A stretch of DNA of 64,000 bases, taken from positions 52,772,114 to 52,836,113 of the forward strand of contig JASCQW010000105.1 in the NCBI GenBank assembly GCA_030264375.1. Reading direction: 5' to 3'. Under the pieces are notes generated by a model that did not search any database, was not told the DNA's origin, and saw only the letters and a program-made list of their open reading frames with translations. Both the position numbers and the translations under genes were made by a program. Position 1 is the first letter of the stretch, and the number at the start of each line of letters is the position of its first letter. Shown here one piece after another: positions 63,278 through 64,000 of this stretch. The DNA comes from Carcharhinus longimanus. Taxonomy: Eukaryota.

Positions 63278-64000
63278 ATATAAAGATATCAAGTAACATC
63301 CATTAATGAACTAACAAATAGATAGTGCCCAGGTATAGTTATTTGTTGAACTAAATGGTTTACTTGATCTTTCCCTATAATTCAATTCTCAGATGTGAAG
63401 AGGTTAACCTTCTAGTTCTTCTGTTCATAAATGTGCAGCTAGTGCCCAAAGAATAATGTTGTGAAAAGCACTTCAGCATATGATGAAAGGGGGCTGTTTG
63501 TTAAGATTGAAAAGCTACTGAAACATTAAGTTAGTTATTAAGGTGTCAAGTTTGCATTTCAGACTGTGTAATCAGATGCATGGACAGTTCCCAGCAGCAT
63601 ACAGAGATGAATGAAAGGAATAACATCTAATTATGCAATGTGGTATTGTTCATGGATAAGCAGATAAAAGGACAGCATCCATACATATACATCTCTAATT
63701 ATAGTCTGTGGGAGGATTTTAAAGTACATTAATGGCAGTTAAGAAAGCATGCAACCCATTTCATATACTTACAGAATGTAGTGTCCATTCCCCTTCCCAG
63801 GCTATTTAGTATTCAGTGAACACAGTAAAAGGTTGCCACACAAGATATAATTGTGATAAAGCATAGCTAATTAACAGAATGAGGGGAAAGGTTTACCAGC
63901 TGGAATATGAGAGAAGCCACATTAAATTGTTCGAACTTTATTCTACTCTACTCTGGCAGCCATTAGTAACCCATCAAAATCCAAGATAAATAACCATTTA

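Larger units (their letters stand above)
13603..64000 (-). other. dmd: dmd intron 7 (3' part, >50 kb, continues beyond window)
   Basis: No exon-7-like coding sequence (...LGIEKLLDPE) found upstream of exon 8 by eye. An exon hidden in an N gap cannot be excluded. Confidence 0.75.

Overview
Vertebrate, repeat-rich genomic DNA with many N gaps. The repeat content (HE1/V-SINEs, CR1/HER1-type LINEs, Deu-domain SINEs) points to a shark or other elasmobranch. The whole window appears to lie inside the dystrophin gene (dmd, minus strand). Two coding exons are visible: the orthologue of human exon 8 (13602-13320, interrupted by a 100-N gap that appears to hide no sequence) and the orthologue of exon 9 (8370-8260). 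Positions 13603-64000 are part of a >50 kb intron 7 and 1-8259 are part of intron 9. The introns are filled with decayed CR1, L2 and Rex1-like LINEs, several SINE families, TIR-bounded MITE-like elements, two Gypsy remnants, an endogenous-retrovirus-like remnant and two Penelope-like (GIY-YIG) elements. The most unusual signals are: decayed hammerhead-ribozyme motifs tied to the Penelope elements, including a ~210-bp fold-back element inserted as a unit with a 12-bp target-site duplication; an RBFOX/QKI/MBNL motif cluster behind the weak exon-9 donor; and two templated-insertion scars. I see no clear evidence of a wholly new protein-coding system, and almost all ORFs in the track are spurious or TE debris. 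Repeat boundaries are approximate and family names come from motif recognition, not database searches.
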